Shown: piece after piece, positions 1 through 8,630 of the stretch
Layout: each line of letters starts with the position of its first letter
Numbering within the stretch: the stretch's first letter is position 1
Assembly (NCBI GenBank): GCA_014799505.1
Contig: JAAVHV010000007.1
Span: 4,054-68,053 of the forward strand
Direction: 5' to 3'
Length of the DNA: 64,000 bases
DNA from: Clostridiales bacterium
GTDB taxonomy: Bacteria > Bacillota > Clostridia > Oscillospirales > Oscillospiraceae
Program-made: the position numbers and the translations under genes
The notes under the pieces: model-generated
Told to the model about the DNA's origin: nothing
Database searches by the model: none
Seen by the model: only the letters and a program-made list of their open reading frames with translations

Positions 1-30
1 CCCTGAATCCACAAGGAAGGAGGAAGCTGC

Positions 31-159
31 ATGAATCCGAAGACCGTCATCCAGGCCATCAAGGCCACTGCCGCGGTGCTGTCAGCGGTGGTGACCCTGG
101 CCACGACCGCCGCCGAGCTGATCGGCCAGGTCGCCGAGACGATGGACGCCAACGGCTGA
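31..159 (+). CDS. 42-aa Ala/Thr/Val-rich small peptide (MNPKTVIQAIKATAAVLSAVVTLATTAAELIGQVAETMDANG)
   Basis: Strong RBS AAGGAGG upstream of ATG at 31; GC3-rich codons; TGA at 157-159; below the ORF-track cutoff. Confidence 0.65.
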   Translation: MNPKTVIQAIKATAAVLSAVVTLATTAAELIGQVAETMDANG

Positions 160-295
160 ACGCCGTTGGCCCATCGCCCGGTCCCGCGGTGCGAACCCCT
201 GAATTCGGTGCTGCAAATCCGGTGTTTATGCGGCGGCTCGCACCGCCGCAGTCAAAAACGGCACGGGAGAAATATCTTTTTTGGGGAACAGGCAC

Positions 296-324
296 TTGAT
301 TTCCCAATGCTGTTTTGGTAGAAT
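296..324 (+). promoter_or_regulatory. sigma70/sigmaA-type promoter in CRISPR leader
   Basis: TTGATT(296-301)-17 bp-TAGAAT(319-324); a homologous copy lies on the - strand at 10710-10738. Confidence 0.7.
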
Positions 325-392
325 AAGCACGGCATTGGTAGAATAGACAGAGCAGGCAGGCTTGTGGATTCTGTGTGTTGTGCCGTTTTGCC

Positions 393-1431
393 AAAGCAAT
401 CCCCACCCCTCACGGGGACGGAAACAGGGCACCCTTATGGGCGGTCAGGAAATTGCCGGAAGCAATCCCCACCCCACACGGGGACGGAAACTTTGGTTTC
501 CGACCTTTTGTGTAGCTGTACGCCGAAGCAATCCACACCCCACACGGGGACGGAAACAGCCTTGCCTGGATGATGTCAAGTGACACCTCAGAAGCAACCC
601 ATACCCTTCACGGGGACGGAAACTCAGTGTCGTAGGCTTTGACCCGGTACATGAAGAAGCAATCCCCACCCCTCATGGGGACGGAAACAGATGGAACTTG
701 CCGTTGGTGGTATAATAACCCAGGAAGCAATCTACCCCCTCACGGGGACGGAAACACGCCGGTGCAGACCAGCCCCGTCAGGCTCTCGAAGCAACCCATA
801 CCCCACACGGGGACGGAAACTCCGGCCAGAGGTAACGGTCATCCTCCTTGCCTCGGAAGCAATCCACACCCCATACGGGGACGGAAACGTGCCCGAGATC
901 CAGGGCAAGGCCAAACGCACCAAAGAGAAGCAATCCCCACCCCATACGGGGACGGAAACGGGTCAAACCGGCGGCTCTGGTTGTCCATTTTGATCGAAGC
1001 AGTCCACACCCCACACGGGGACGGAAACAGGAACCCTCCCTGTACTGACGTAATGTAGCCGCCAAACGATTCACCCACCCCTCACGGGGACGAAAACGTG
1101 AAGACCCAGTTGATGCCATCCTGCAGGAACCGAAACAATCTACACCCCACACGGGGACGGAAACGGATACGTCCACTGGGCCAGCCCGTACCCTGCCCTG
1201 GAAGCAATCCACACCCCTCACGGGGACGGAAACCAGCTCGATGCCCTGCCGCTCCTCCAGCATGAGGAAGCAATCCACACCCCTCGCGGGGACGGAAACT
1301 CCATTTTAGCACCACAGTTTGGGCAATATGTAGAAGCGATCCATGCCCCTCACGGGGACGGAAACGCAGTCCTGTCCGCTCATAAAAGCTCTCCTTTGGA
1401 AGCAATCCACACCCCACACGGGGACGGCACG
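393..1431 (+). CRISPR. Type III CRISPR array, 16 repeats (~33 bp, consensus GAAGCAATCCMCACCCCWCACGGGGACGGAAAC) and 15 spacers of 32-38 bp
   Basis: Repeats start at about 393,459,525,591,656,724,788,856,927,996,1064,1132,1201,1267,1333,1399; CCCC-N4-GGGG hairpin and ACGGAAAC type III 5' handle; last repeat degenerate; upstream promoter fixes + orientation. Confidence 0.97.
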
Positions 1432-1476
1432 GGGGCCTCAATGGAGGCCCCCAAATTTTTTTGCAAAAATAATAGT

Positions 1477-1510
1477 CCAGCCCTGAAATTTCCCTTTTCC
1501 CAAACGAGTA
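1477..1510 (+). promoter_or_regulatory. Bipartite motif CCAGCCCTGAAA-N14-AACGAGTA upstream of cas10 (candidate alternative-sigma promoter)
   Basis: Identical boxes with identical 14-nt spacing recur at 10760-10793; both preceded by TTTG(C/A)AAAAA. Confidence 0.6.
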
Positions 1511-1610
1511 GAAGGCGGAAGGGGACGAGCCTCAAACACACGCCCCTCTTTACAGAGGCGGCGAAAGGTGGTAAACTTGTAATAATCTGTCTGAAATTGG
1601 GGGAATCAGC

Positions 1611-3101
1611 TTGGAAAAATTTCTGACCATCCTTGAAGTATCCCAGAAGCAGGCCTATATTTTCGCCAGCAAGCGGCTGAAGGAGAACGCGGCCCGCTCG
1701 GGGGACATCGAGCGCGTCACCGGCAGCGCATTCTTCGCCCGGACGGCGGCGGACTGGTACCGGGAGGAGGACAACCTGGTCTACGCCGGCGGCGGGCACA
1801 CGGTACTCCAGTTTGAAGCGGAGGATCAGGCCAAGGGCTTTGCCAGGGCGGTCACCGAGGCCGTCCTGCGGGAGTACCCCGGCCTGGAGCTGTTCGTAAA
1901 GACTATCCCGCATAACTTTGACCCGGCCCGCACCCCGGGGGACAACTTGAAGGAGCTGTCCAAAGAGTTGGAGCGGAAGAAGGCCCGGCGCACCGCCTCC
2001 TTCCGGGTGGCGGACTTTGGCTTGGAGGCGGCGGAGGAAGAGGAAGACCGGCCGAAAAGCAGGACAGAGGATGGCCTGCGCCCCCCGGAGGGCTATCAAT
2101 TCCCCGCCGAGTTTGAGGAACTGCCGAAAGCCATCCCCGCGGACAGGCAGAACCGGGCGGACAACTTCATTGCCGTGATCCATATCGACGGCAACGCCAT
2201 GGGCGCCCGGGTGGAGGACATCTACCGGTGCTGCGCCGGGGACTGGGAGAGCTGCCGCGCCGCACTCAGAAAGTTCAGTGAAGGCATCCAGCAGGATTTT
2301 GAATCCGCCTTTCACGACACGGTGGCCGAGGTGATCCAGGTGTTCCGGCCGGGAAAGAATCTGCCCATCCGCCCGGTGATCCTGGCCGGGGATGACGTGT
2401 GCTTTGTCACCGCCGGGAGCATCGGCCTGGAATGTGCCAGAGTGTTTTTGGAAAAACTCTCCCGGCGCGCCAACGCCCAGCAGCCGGATCAGCCCTATGC
2501 CGCCTGTGCCGGCGTGGCCCTGGTCCACACGAAATATCCCTTCTACCGGGCTTACGAGCTGGCCGAGGAACTCTGCTCCAACGCAAAGCGCTATGGAGCG
2601 TCCCTGGATGCCGCGGGCCGGGTGTCGGCCATGGATTGGCACATCGAATTCGGCCAGTTGAAGGACAGCCTGTCCCTGCTGAGGGAGGACTATCGTACAG
2701 AGGACGGCTGCCGCCTGGAGCTGCGGCCTGTGACGGTGATCGTCCCGGAGGACGGACAGCAGCCTCCCCCGGAGCGCACCTATGGCTATTTCCGTGCCCT
2801 CTGCGGCGCCATGAAGCGGGAACAGGGGAAGATTGCCCGGAGCAAGGTCAAGGAACTGCGTACCGCCCTCAAACAGGGGGAGGTGGAGGGGGAGTTTTTC
2901 CTCCAGGAGAAGGAGATTGGCGATCTGCTCTATCACCCGCTGGAGACCGCCTACGCGCTGGAGGAGTGGTCCCGGGAGCTGGACCGAAAAGGGGCGTTCC
3001 GCACCTTCCGGGAGAGGGCTGGGGAGACGAGGCGCTGCCTGTTTTTCGACGCCATCGAGATGCTCGACCACTTTATACCTTTCGAGGAGGTGTCCCAGTG
3101 A
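1611..3101 (+). CDS. cas10: Cas10 (type III-D, short, no HD domain)
   Basis: QAYIF..RLKEN and YAGGG palm-1 motifs, IHIDGNAMG and PVILAGDD palm-2 motifs; first gene of a RAMP operon; TTG start. Confidence 0.9.
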   Translation: MEKFLTILEVSQKQAYIFASKRLKENAARSGDIERVTGSAFFARTAADWYREEDNLVYAGGGHTVLQFEAEDQAKGFARAVTEAVLREYPGLELFVKTIPHNFDPARTPGDNLKELSKELERKKARRTASFRVADFGLEAAEEEEDRPKSRTEDGLRPPEGYQFPAEFEELPKAIPADRQNRADNFIAVIHIDGNAMGARVEDIYRCCAGDWESCRAALRKFSEGIQQDFESAFHDTVAEVIQVFRPGKNLPIRPVILAGDDVCFVTAGSIGLECARVFLEKLSRRANAQQPDQPYAACAGVALVHTKYPFYRAYELAEELCSNAKRYGASLDAAGRVSAMDWHIEFGQLKDSLSLLREDYRTEDGCRLELRPVTVIVPEDGQQPPPERTYGYFRALCGAMKREQGKIARSKVKELRTALKQGEVEGEFFLQEKEIGDLLYHPLETAYALEEWSRELDRKGAFRTFRERAGETRRCLFFDAIEMLDHFIPFEEVSQ

Positions 3102-5089
3102 GCGCGCGAGTCGATCTGCCCGTTGTGATGGAGCTTTGCTCCGACGCCATTTTCGGCTCCGGGCACAGCGTCCCCGGCGGCGAGGACGTGGCGGTCTGCC
3201 GGGACGCGGACGGCTTCCCCTATTTGAAGGGAGCCACCTGGAAGGGACTGCTGCGGGAGAGCCTGGAAAACCTCAGCGCCTGGGGCGTGGGGAGCCAGGA
3301 AGACACGGACGCCCTGCTGGGTGTGAAGGGCTGGACGGGGCTGGCGGACGGACGCCGCGTGCGGCTGACCGCCCTGCAGCTGCAAGACCCTCCCGCTGAC
3401 CCGGAGGACTGCTTTGACCAGCGCACCTTCACCGCTCTGGAAGGGGGCGTGGTAAAAGCGGGCACTCTGCACACCGCGGCCTGCGTCCGGGCAGGGCTGA
3501 CCTTTTCCGGACAGCTGGAGTGCGATCAGGAGGATCTGCCCCTGATCCGTGACGCTCTGGCGGGGATCAAGTGGGCGGGCACCCAGCGAAACCGGGGGTT
3601 TGGCCGGGTTCGCTTCTTTGCCGGCGCACCCCGGTGCACGAAAACGAGCATACCTGCTGAAAGCGGAACCTGTCTCCGCTTCCGGCTGCGTACCTGTCTG
3701 CCGGTGATTCCCACCGATCCCAACCGGAGCGACGGGAATTCTACTGAAACCTACGGCTATATTCCCGGTTCTGCCCTTCGTGGGGCAGTAATCGAGTCCC
3801 TTTCCGCCCAGGATCCAGCGTGGTTTGCCGCCCACAAGTCCGCCCTGCTGGGGGATGGGGTCCGGTTTTTGGACGCTGCGCCCATACCCGATCCGTCCCG
3901 TCCCCCGCTACCCTCCATCTGTGGGTTCTACGAGGATAAGGAGGAGACAACGCTGGAGAGCGTTGTGCTGGACGGCGCGTTTACGCCGGGCTTGAAGCGG
4001 GCCAAGCTGGGGACCTTCTGCGCTCCAGATGGGGAAACTCTGCGCTATTGGAGCGCAAGATCCAGCGGCGTCACCCGCATTCGACGTGGGAGCAAACAAG
4101 AAGAGCAGAAGATCTTCCAGGTTCGGGCTCTGGATGCCGGGCAGGAGTTTGAGGGGTACATTTTGTTGGACGACCCAGCGTTAGCGCCCAGGCTGTCCCA
4201 GGCGTTGGGCAAAACGCTCTGGCTGGGGGCGGACCGCTACGCGGGCTACGGCAAATGCGAGATTACCCTGTTGGAGTCCGCGCCCCGTCCGGCGTGGCTG
4301 GACGCCTATGGCTTCCGGGGCGGTGAGGAGCCGGGGGAGGATCTCTACCTGCTGGCGGTGTCCCCGCTGACCATGCTGGGCGCCGGCGGAGAACCCTGCG
4401 GGCTGGACGAGAAACAGCTTGGCCAAAAGCTGGGCGTGGCAAGGGTTGAAGTTTGGTACTGCGCCACCGCCATGATCCAGTCGGGGGGTTATAATCGAAC
4501 GTGGCAGTGCCGCGCCCCGTCGGTCCGCTTCTATGACCGGGGCAGTTTGTTCCACTTGAAGTGTACGCCCGCCCCCACACTGGAGGCGCTGCGGCGGATA
4601 CAGGCCGAGGGCCTTGGCATTCGCCGTGCCGAGGGCTTTGGGCAGGTGATGTTCCTGCCGCCCACCCTCGTTGAGGGGCTGAACAAGAAGCGCGGATTGG
4701 AGCCGGAAAACGGCGCGGGCTGTGCGCTCAGTCCGCAGGCGCTGCTGCGCCGGGCCAGGTACACCTGGGTGATGGAGCATACCGGGGCGCTGAACAGCAG
4801 CGGCCTGTCCAGCAGCCAGGTGGGAACCATTCAGTCCCTGTGCGAGAAGGCCAAGGCCAGTGGGGGGGATTTTTCCGAACTGGAGGCCCATCTGTCACAC
4901 AACCTGGAGAACCGGGGCGCAGTGCATGGGGCTCGCTTCAAGCAGGCGGCAGAGCTTCTCCGGGGTGTGTTGAATTGCCCTCTGGGGGAGACGCTGGGGC
5001 TGGAAAGCTGCCCAGACAGTCCGGCTGCGCGGCTGGAGCTTTTGTGTCTGCTGTTTGACCACAGCCGTAAGGGAAGGAGGGAGAACTGA
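3098..5089 (+). CDS. csx10: Csx10-like Cas7-Cas5 RAMP fusion, possibly with C-terminal Cas11-like helical domain
   Basis: GTG start overlapping cas10 stop with GAGGAGG RBS; PYLKGATWKG, GTQRNRGFG, YIPGSALRG, GADRYAGYG, GIRRAEGFG glycine loops. Confidence 0.8.
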   Translation: MSARVDLPVVMELCSDAIFGSGHSVPGGEDVAVCRDADGFPYLKGATWKGLLRESLENLSAWGVGSQEDTDALLGVKGWTGLADGRRVRLTALQLQDPPADPEDCFDQRTFTALEGGVVKAGTLHTAACVRAGLTFSGQLECDQEDLPLIRDALAGIKWAGTQRNRGFGRVRFFAGAPRCTKTSIPAESGTCLRFRLRTCLPVIPTDPNRSDGNSTETYGYIPGSALRGAVIESLSAQDPAWFAAHKSALLGDGVRFLDAAPIPDPSRPPLPSICGFYEDKEETTLESVVLDGAFTPGLKRAKLGTFCAPDGETLRYWSARSSGVTRIRRGSKQEEQKIFQVRALDAGQEFEGYILLDDPALAPRLSQALGKTLWLGADRYAGYGKCEITLLESAPRPAWLDAYGFRGGEEPGEDLYLLAVSPLTMLGAGGEPCGLDEKQLGQKLGVARVEVWYCATAMIQSGGYNRTWQCRAPSVRFYDRGSLFHLKCTPAPTLEALRRIQAEGLGIRRAEGFGQVMFLPPTLVEGLNKKRGLEPENGAGCALSPQALLRRARYTWVMEHTGALNSSGLSSSQVGTIQSLCEKAKASGGDFSELEAHLSHNLENRGAVHGARFKQAAELLRGVLNCPLGETLGLESCPDSPAARLELLCLLFDHSRKGRREN

Positions 5090-5090
5090 A

Positions 5091-6362
5091 ATGAGTTTTT
5101 CCTATGCCGCGGTCTATCAGGTGGAGGCGGTCTGCCGTACCCCGCTGCGCACCGGCGGGACGGATGCGGACGCGGAGCGGATCTTGCGCCGCAGGGACGG
5201 CACGGCCTTTGTTCAGGGAACCTCCCTGGCCGGGGCTATGCGGGGCTGGCTGGAGGAACAGCCGGAGCGAACTCTGGCGGACGCCCTGTTTGGGAGCCAG
5301 CCGCAGTCTGGCCACCTCACCGTCTCCGACGCCCTGTTTGACGGCAAATCGGATCAGTTTACCCGCCCCCGTCTGCGGATCGACCCCATCTCCGCCACGG
5401 GGGACGACGGCGGAAAATTTGACACGGCCCATATAGGGGCCGGTTCTGCGCTCCGCTTCACCCTGGTCTGGCGGGGAGAGACAGAGCAGAAGCGGGAACT
5501 GGACACCGTGGAGAAGCTGTTAAGTGCAATCAATGCCGGGGATATTTGCCTGGGAGCGCAGAAATCTAACGGCTTTGGCCGCCTTTCTCTTACGGTCCGC
5601 CGCCGCCAGTTTGACCTGAAAAACGCAGCGGATCGCGGGGCGTGGCTGGCGGATGAGTGGGATGGAGAAATCTTTGCCCTGCCCAACCCATCGGACTCCG
5701 GGCGGGTGAAGTTTACCGTCACGGGCCGCACCGGTAGCATTCTGGTCAAGGCTGCCTCTGTTGTTGTGGACAAAGATGAGATGAACCACAAGACCTATAC
5801 TCCCAATCTGTCCGAGCGTGGGCAGGCCGTTTTGCCCGGATCCTCTATCAAAGGGGCCGTCCGGGCTCGGGCGGAGCACATCGCAAAAGCACTGGGTCTG
5901 GATAAAAGCGTAACGAAGCGGTATTTTGGCCGGGAGGCGGAAGGTGAGGACAACGGGCTGCCCGGGCTGGTGCGTTTTGAGGACGGCGTACTGTCCGGCC
6001 ATAAACGGAAAATCAGCCGGATCCGCATCGACCGTTTCACCGGCGGGGTGCAGCGGCAGGGGCTGTTTACCGAGGAGCCCATCAGTTCCGCCGTGACGCT
6101 GACCATTACCGCGCCGGAGGAGCCGATTCTGTGCGCCCTTCTGGTCTATGCCCTGAGAGATCTGGGACTGGGGCTGTTTCATCTGGGCAGCGGCTGGGCC
6201 ATTGGCCGGGGCCGGGTTGAAGTGGAAGAAATTCAAATTTCCGCTTTCAGCGGACGGCAGGCGGCACTGCGGTTTGACGGTCAAAACGGCATCGCCTTGG
6301 AGGATGCCCAAGGTCTGCTGAAGGAGTGGCTGAACACGCTGGAGGAGGTGCGCGATGTGTGA
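5091..6362 (+). CDS. Cas7-Cas7 (Csm3-group) RAMP fusion
   Basis: Two RAMP units: QGTSLAGAMR..GAQKSNGFG and PGSSIKGAVR..RIRIDRFTGG..GSGWAIGRG. Confidence 0.85.
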   Translation: MSFSYAAVYQVEAVCRTPLRTGGTDADAERILRRRDGTAFVQGTSLAGAMRGWLEEQPERTLADALFGSQPQSGHLTVSDALFDGKSDQFTRPRLRIDPISATGDDGGKFDTAHIGAGSALRFTLVWRGETEQKRELDTVEKLLSAINAGDICLGAQKSNGFGRLSLTVRRRQFDLKNAADRGAWLADEWDGEIFALPNPSDSGRVKFTVTGRTGSILVKAASVVVDKDEMNHKTYTPNLSERGQAVLPGSSIKGAVRARAEHIAKALGLDKSVTKRYFGREAEGEDNGLPGLVRFEDGVLSGHKRKISRIRIDRFTGGVQRQGLFTEEPISSAVTLTITAPEEPILCALLVYALRDLGLGLFHLGSGWAIGRGRVEVEEIQISAFSGRQAALRFDGQNGIALEDAQGLLKEWLNTLEEVRDV

Positions 6363-6720
6363 AGTGTTGGAGGTCGGTCAGGCTCTGAGCCGGGGCAGAG
6401 CGCTGCCCTATGCCATGATCCGGGCCCTGAGTCGGGTCACCCTTGGCCCCACGCCGGATGAAATAGATTTGGACGAGCTGATCGAGGCTCGATTTTTCGA
6501 CTCCGAGCAGGAAGTGCGGATTTTCCATGGGGAGACGGGCCTTCAGGCCGCCCACCTTTGGGAAGGGACAGAGGACACCGTGATTGAGCGCACCTATAAG
6601 CTGGCAAATAACGCCATCTTTGGCCGGTCTGTTACGATCCATCAACTGCTGCATTTTGATGAAGACGGTCAGGCCTGTGTTTCCTGTACCCGGCTGGCCG
6701 GCTGGAAGGGAGGGGACTGA
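6355..6720 (+). CDS. csx19: Csx19-like small subunit of type III-D
   Basis: 121 aa, EARFFDSEQEVRI motif, position between two Cas7 genes typical of III-D. Confidence 0.7.
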   Translation: MCEVLEVGQALSRGRALPYAMIRALSRVTLGPTPDEIDLDELIEARFFDSEQEVRIFHGETGLQAAHLWEGTEDTVIERTYKLANNAIFGRSVTIHQLLHFDEDGQACVSCTRLAGWKGGD

Positions 6721-6721
6721 G

Positions 6722-8614
6722 ATGCCAAACGACACCATTGTCCGCGCGCCGTATAACTTTGTGCCCTTCACCACCAAAATCCTGGAGTATAAGGACAAAA
6801 TCCCCGCGCACAACGCCGTTGACCCGGCGCTGAAAACTGGGGAGATCCATGTGACCCTCACCGCGGAGACCCCGGTGTTCGTCTCCGATGGAAACAAGGA
6901 TAACCCCCACTTCTTCCGAGGGCCGGACGGGGCAATACAAATCCCTGGCTCTACCATCCGGGGGATGGTGCGGCAGAATATGCAGATTCTGGGCTTCGGA
7001 CTGGTGCGGCTTGGGGAGGATATGCAGGATCAGCGCGTTTTCTACCGAAAGATAGCCGATGCCCGCGGCAGCACCGGCGGGAAATTGAAGGAGTATTACC
7101 ACAATGCTCTGGCGATAGAATCCCTGAAAAGTCCCACCGGCAAGACCTACTCCATTCCACAGAATGTTAAGGCAGGATATCTCCGCCGCTGGGAGGACGG
7201 GAGTTATTTTATCCAGCCGGTAACAGGGGACTATCTGCGTGTCTCCAAAAAAGCCCTGGTCTCCGCTGGACTGGAGAACTGCTATGCCCAGACCGTGTCG
7301 GTGTGCTACACCGTGAGCGGAGACCGGGCCACCGCCGTGTATCGGGACGAGAGCGGTGCCAACGCTCAGCGGGGTATCCTGCTGTGCCCCGGTGTGGACA
7401 CCGGGGGGGACGGAACGCGGGGCACAAAACCAAAGCCCCCCTCCCACCGCTATATTTTCCCACCGGCAGATGAGAGCGCCGCTCCCGTTGGAATTTCCAA
7501 GGAGGACGAGCTTGACTACGCCGCTGACTGGGAGAGCCGGAAAAACAGTCTCAAGGGCGGCACCAAGATCAACGGTAGACAACTCCCTTATGACCCGGAC
7601 TTCTGGAAACTGCCGAAGGACGGCGAGGAGAAGCCGGTCTTCTATATCCACCACAACGGCCATGTGTTTTTCGGGATGTCTCCCTATCTGCGCATCGGCT
7701 ACCGTTTTTCCCTGAAAGACGGACTTCCCAAGAGCCATTGGGAGAAGCAGGAGAACACTGCGTTTTTGGATTGGCCCCGGGCCATTTTGGGTTGGGCAGA
7801 GAAGGAGGACTCCCGGCGTTCTCGGGTATCCTTCGGCGGTTTTCCGGCCCAAGGGGATCCAAAAGAGCAGAGCCTGGTTACTACTGTACTGGGCAATCCA
7901 AAAATCAGCTACTATCCGGGCTATTTGGCGGAGGGAAAGCATTACAATCAAGAGGATTTCCAGCTTCGCGGCTATAAGCAGTACTGGCTTAAGGACGCCT
8001 GTCCCACTCCCACCGACAAAGAGAATGCGGCCTCCCGGCTGCGCCCCCTGCCTGCCGGAACGAGATTTGCCGGGGTTATTCGCTACAAAAACCTCCGGCC
8101 CGAGGAGTTGGGGCTGCTGCTGTGGGCCATTCGGCTGGAGGAGGACTGTTATCAGTCCGTGGGCATGGGCAAACCCTACGGTTATGGCCGGATGAAAGCA
8201 TCCATCGACGAACTGCGGGAGTTTGACCTCTCCGCCATGTATCGTCCTGAGCATCTGTGCGCCGCCCCCGCCGCCGCGTCTGCCGACGCGGTGCAAGGAT
8301 ACATTGATGCCTATGATGCCGCCGCCGCAAAGGCCATGTATCTGAAAAAGCCCAAGAAAAGACCTTCCATCACCAGCACTGATGAAATCCGGGACTTCTT
8401 CTTCCTGAAACGTACGATCCGGCCCGGGGATGAGGTCAGCTATATGACCCTCCCGGAGTACCAGAAGGTGGGCCGTCCCCTGCCTGCCACCGCCGATTTC
8501 CGTAAGGAGGCGGAGGAGGCCGTCCAGGCGGCCGCGGTTGCCGCTTTCGCTTCGGAGGACAACTCCCTGGAGGCCATGAAGGCCCGGCTGGCTCAGCGGT
8601 TCAACAGCAAATAG
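6722..8614 (+). CDS. Cas7 with large insertion (TIGR03986-like RAMP), type III-D
   Basis: APYNFVP N-terminus, IPGSTIRGM, LRGYKQYW, GMGKPYGYG. Confidence 0.88.
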   Translation: MPNDTIVRAPYNFVPFTTKILEYKDKIPAHNAVDPALKTGEIHVTLTAETPVFVSDGNKDNPHFFRGPDGAIQIPGSTIRGMVRQNMQILGFGLVRLGEDMQDQRVFYRKIADARGSTGGKLKEYYHNALAIESLKSPTGKTYSIPQNVKAGYLRRWEDGSYFIQPVTGDYLRVSKKALVSAGLENCYAQTVSVCYTVSGDRATAVYRDESGANAQRGILLCPGVDTGGDGTRGTKPKPPSHRYIFPPADESAAPVGISKEDELDYAADWESRKNSLKGGTKINGRQLPYDPDFWKLPKDGEEKPVFYIHHNGHVFFGMSPYLRIGYRFSLKDGLPKSHWEKQENTAFLDWPRAILGWAEKEDSRRSRVSFGGFPAQGDPKEQSLVTTVLGNPKISYYPGYLAEGKHYNQEDFQLRGYKQYWLKDACPTPTDKENAASRLRPLPAGTRFAGVIRYKNLRPEELGLLLWAIRLEEDCYQSVGMGKPYGYGRMKASIDELREFDLSAMYRPEHLCAAPAAASADAVQGYIDAYDAAAAKAMYLKKPKKRPSITSTDEIRDFFFLKRTIRPGDEVSYMTLPEYQKVGRPLPATADFRKEAEEAVQAAAVAAFASEDNSLEAMKARLAQRFNSK

Positions 8615-8630
8615 AAGGGAGAATGTTCCC

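Noticed and set aside
1-30. CCCTGAA at window start as a third copy of the bipartite motif
   Set aside because: No AACGAGTA box 14 nt later; truncated by the window edge and may be just a stop codon
362-1441. Numerous ORFs across the CRISPR array
   Set aside because: Translations are periodic products of the repeats; no RBS or coding signal
2399-3097. N-terminal extension of the 896-aa ORF
   Set aside because: Overlaps cas10 in another frame; the likely start is GTG at 3098 with a strong RBS
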